A stretch of DNA of 64,000 bases from Lama guanicoe (Eukaryota). The position numbers and the translations under genes are program-made. Within the stretch, counting starts at the first letter, position 1, and each line of letters starts with the position of its first letter. Location: positions 18,246,819-18,310,818 of the forward strand of contig MU054323.1 of NCBI GenBank assembly GCA_013239625.1, written 5' to 3'. The notes beneath the pieces were generated by a model. That model was given only the letters and a program-made list of their open reading frames with translations. It did no database searches and was not told where the DNA came from. Of this stretch, positions 63,534 to 64,000 are shown piece after piece.

Positions 63534-64000
63534 CATGGCTTTGTTGCTCTCCAACATAAGCTCACCATCTTGCATACGCTTTATTTGACCTCTTTGCTTA
63601 TTTTACTTATTTGCTGTCTCCTGCATTAGAAGGTAAGCTTCACATGGCAAGAATATTTGTCTGTTTTATTCACTGGCATATCCTAAGAGCAATGACTGAC
63701 ATTCAGAAAAAATGAATGAATGATGCTCAGCACATGACCATCATACAAATGCTCATATATTTGCAGCCAAAGGCAACCTGGCAACTGTTAGAAATGGTCT
63801 ATTAAGGCTTATGCAGCTTTTAATGTTTTGATTCTGATATGTCAAAGCCCATGAAATAATTGGTTATTTTAAAATATTTTGATTTTTATATTATATATTT
63901 ATTATACTTTATGTAATATTTATTTTACATTATAGTTATATAACATATCATTTAATTTCTACCATTGGCCTTGTCAACAGTTTTTTATTCAAGTTACCTT

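Overview
Mammalian genomic DNA, most likely a camelid (two tRNA-derived SINEs resemble the camelid Vic-1 family; this assignment is from recognition, not a search). The window lies inside the SLC8A1 (NCX1 Na+/Ca2+ exchanger) gene on the minus strand. Only one exon is visible: a 276-bp coding exon at 43220-43495 with canonical AG/GT sites. Neither the terminal exon nor the preceding exon is in the window. About 23 kb (5.5-30 kb) is a stack of LINE-1 insertions, all antisense to the gene. (1) An old L1 (A) is split in its endonuclease domain by a young L1 (B) with an intact 1265-aa ORF2. B's ORF1 is itself split by a short 5'-truncated copy of its own subfamily (D). (2) A separate full-length L1 (C, 17-bp TSD) has its ORF1 interrupted by 3.3 kb of unrelated, apparently older genomic DNA. 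That insert ends in a short A-run and is flanked by a 124-bp duplication starting at a TT/AAAA site. It is the most unusual structure here: an orphan transduction, retrocopy or template-switch product. The rest is intronic DNA with ERV/MaLR LTRs, L2, CR1 and MER5 remnants, an ETS-motif minisatellite and a Z-DNA-prone microsatellite. I do not see evidence for a new protein-based system. Nearly all short ORFs in the track are noise or antisense L1 shadows.
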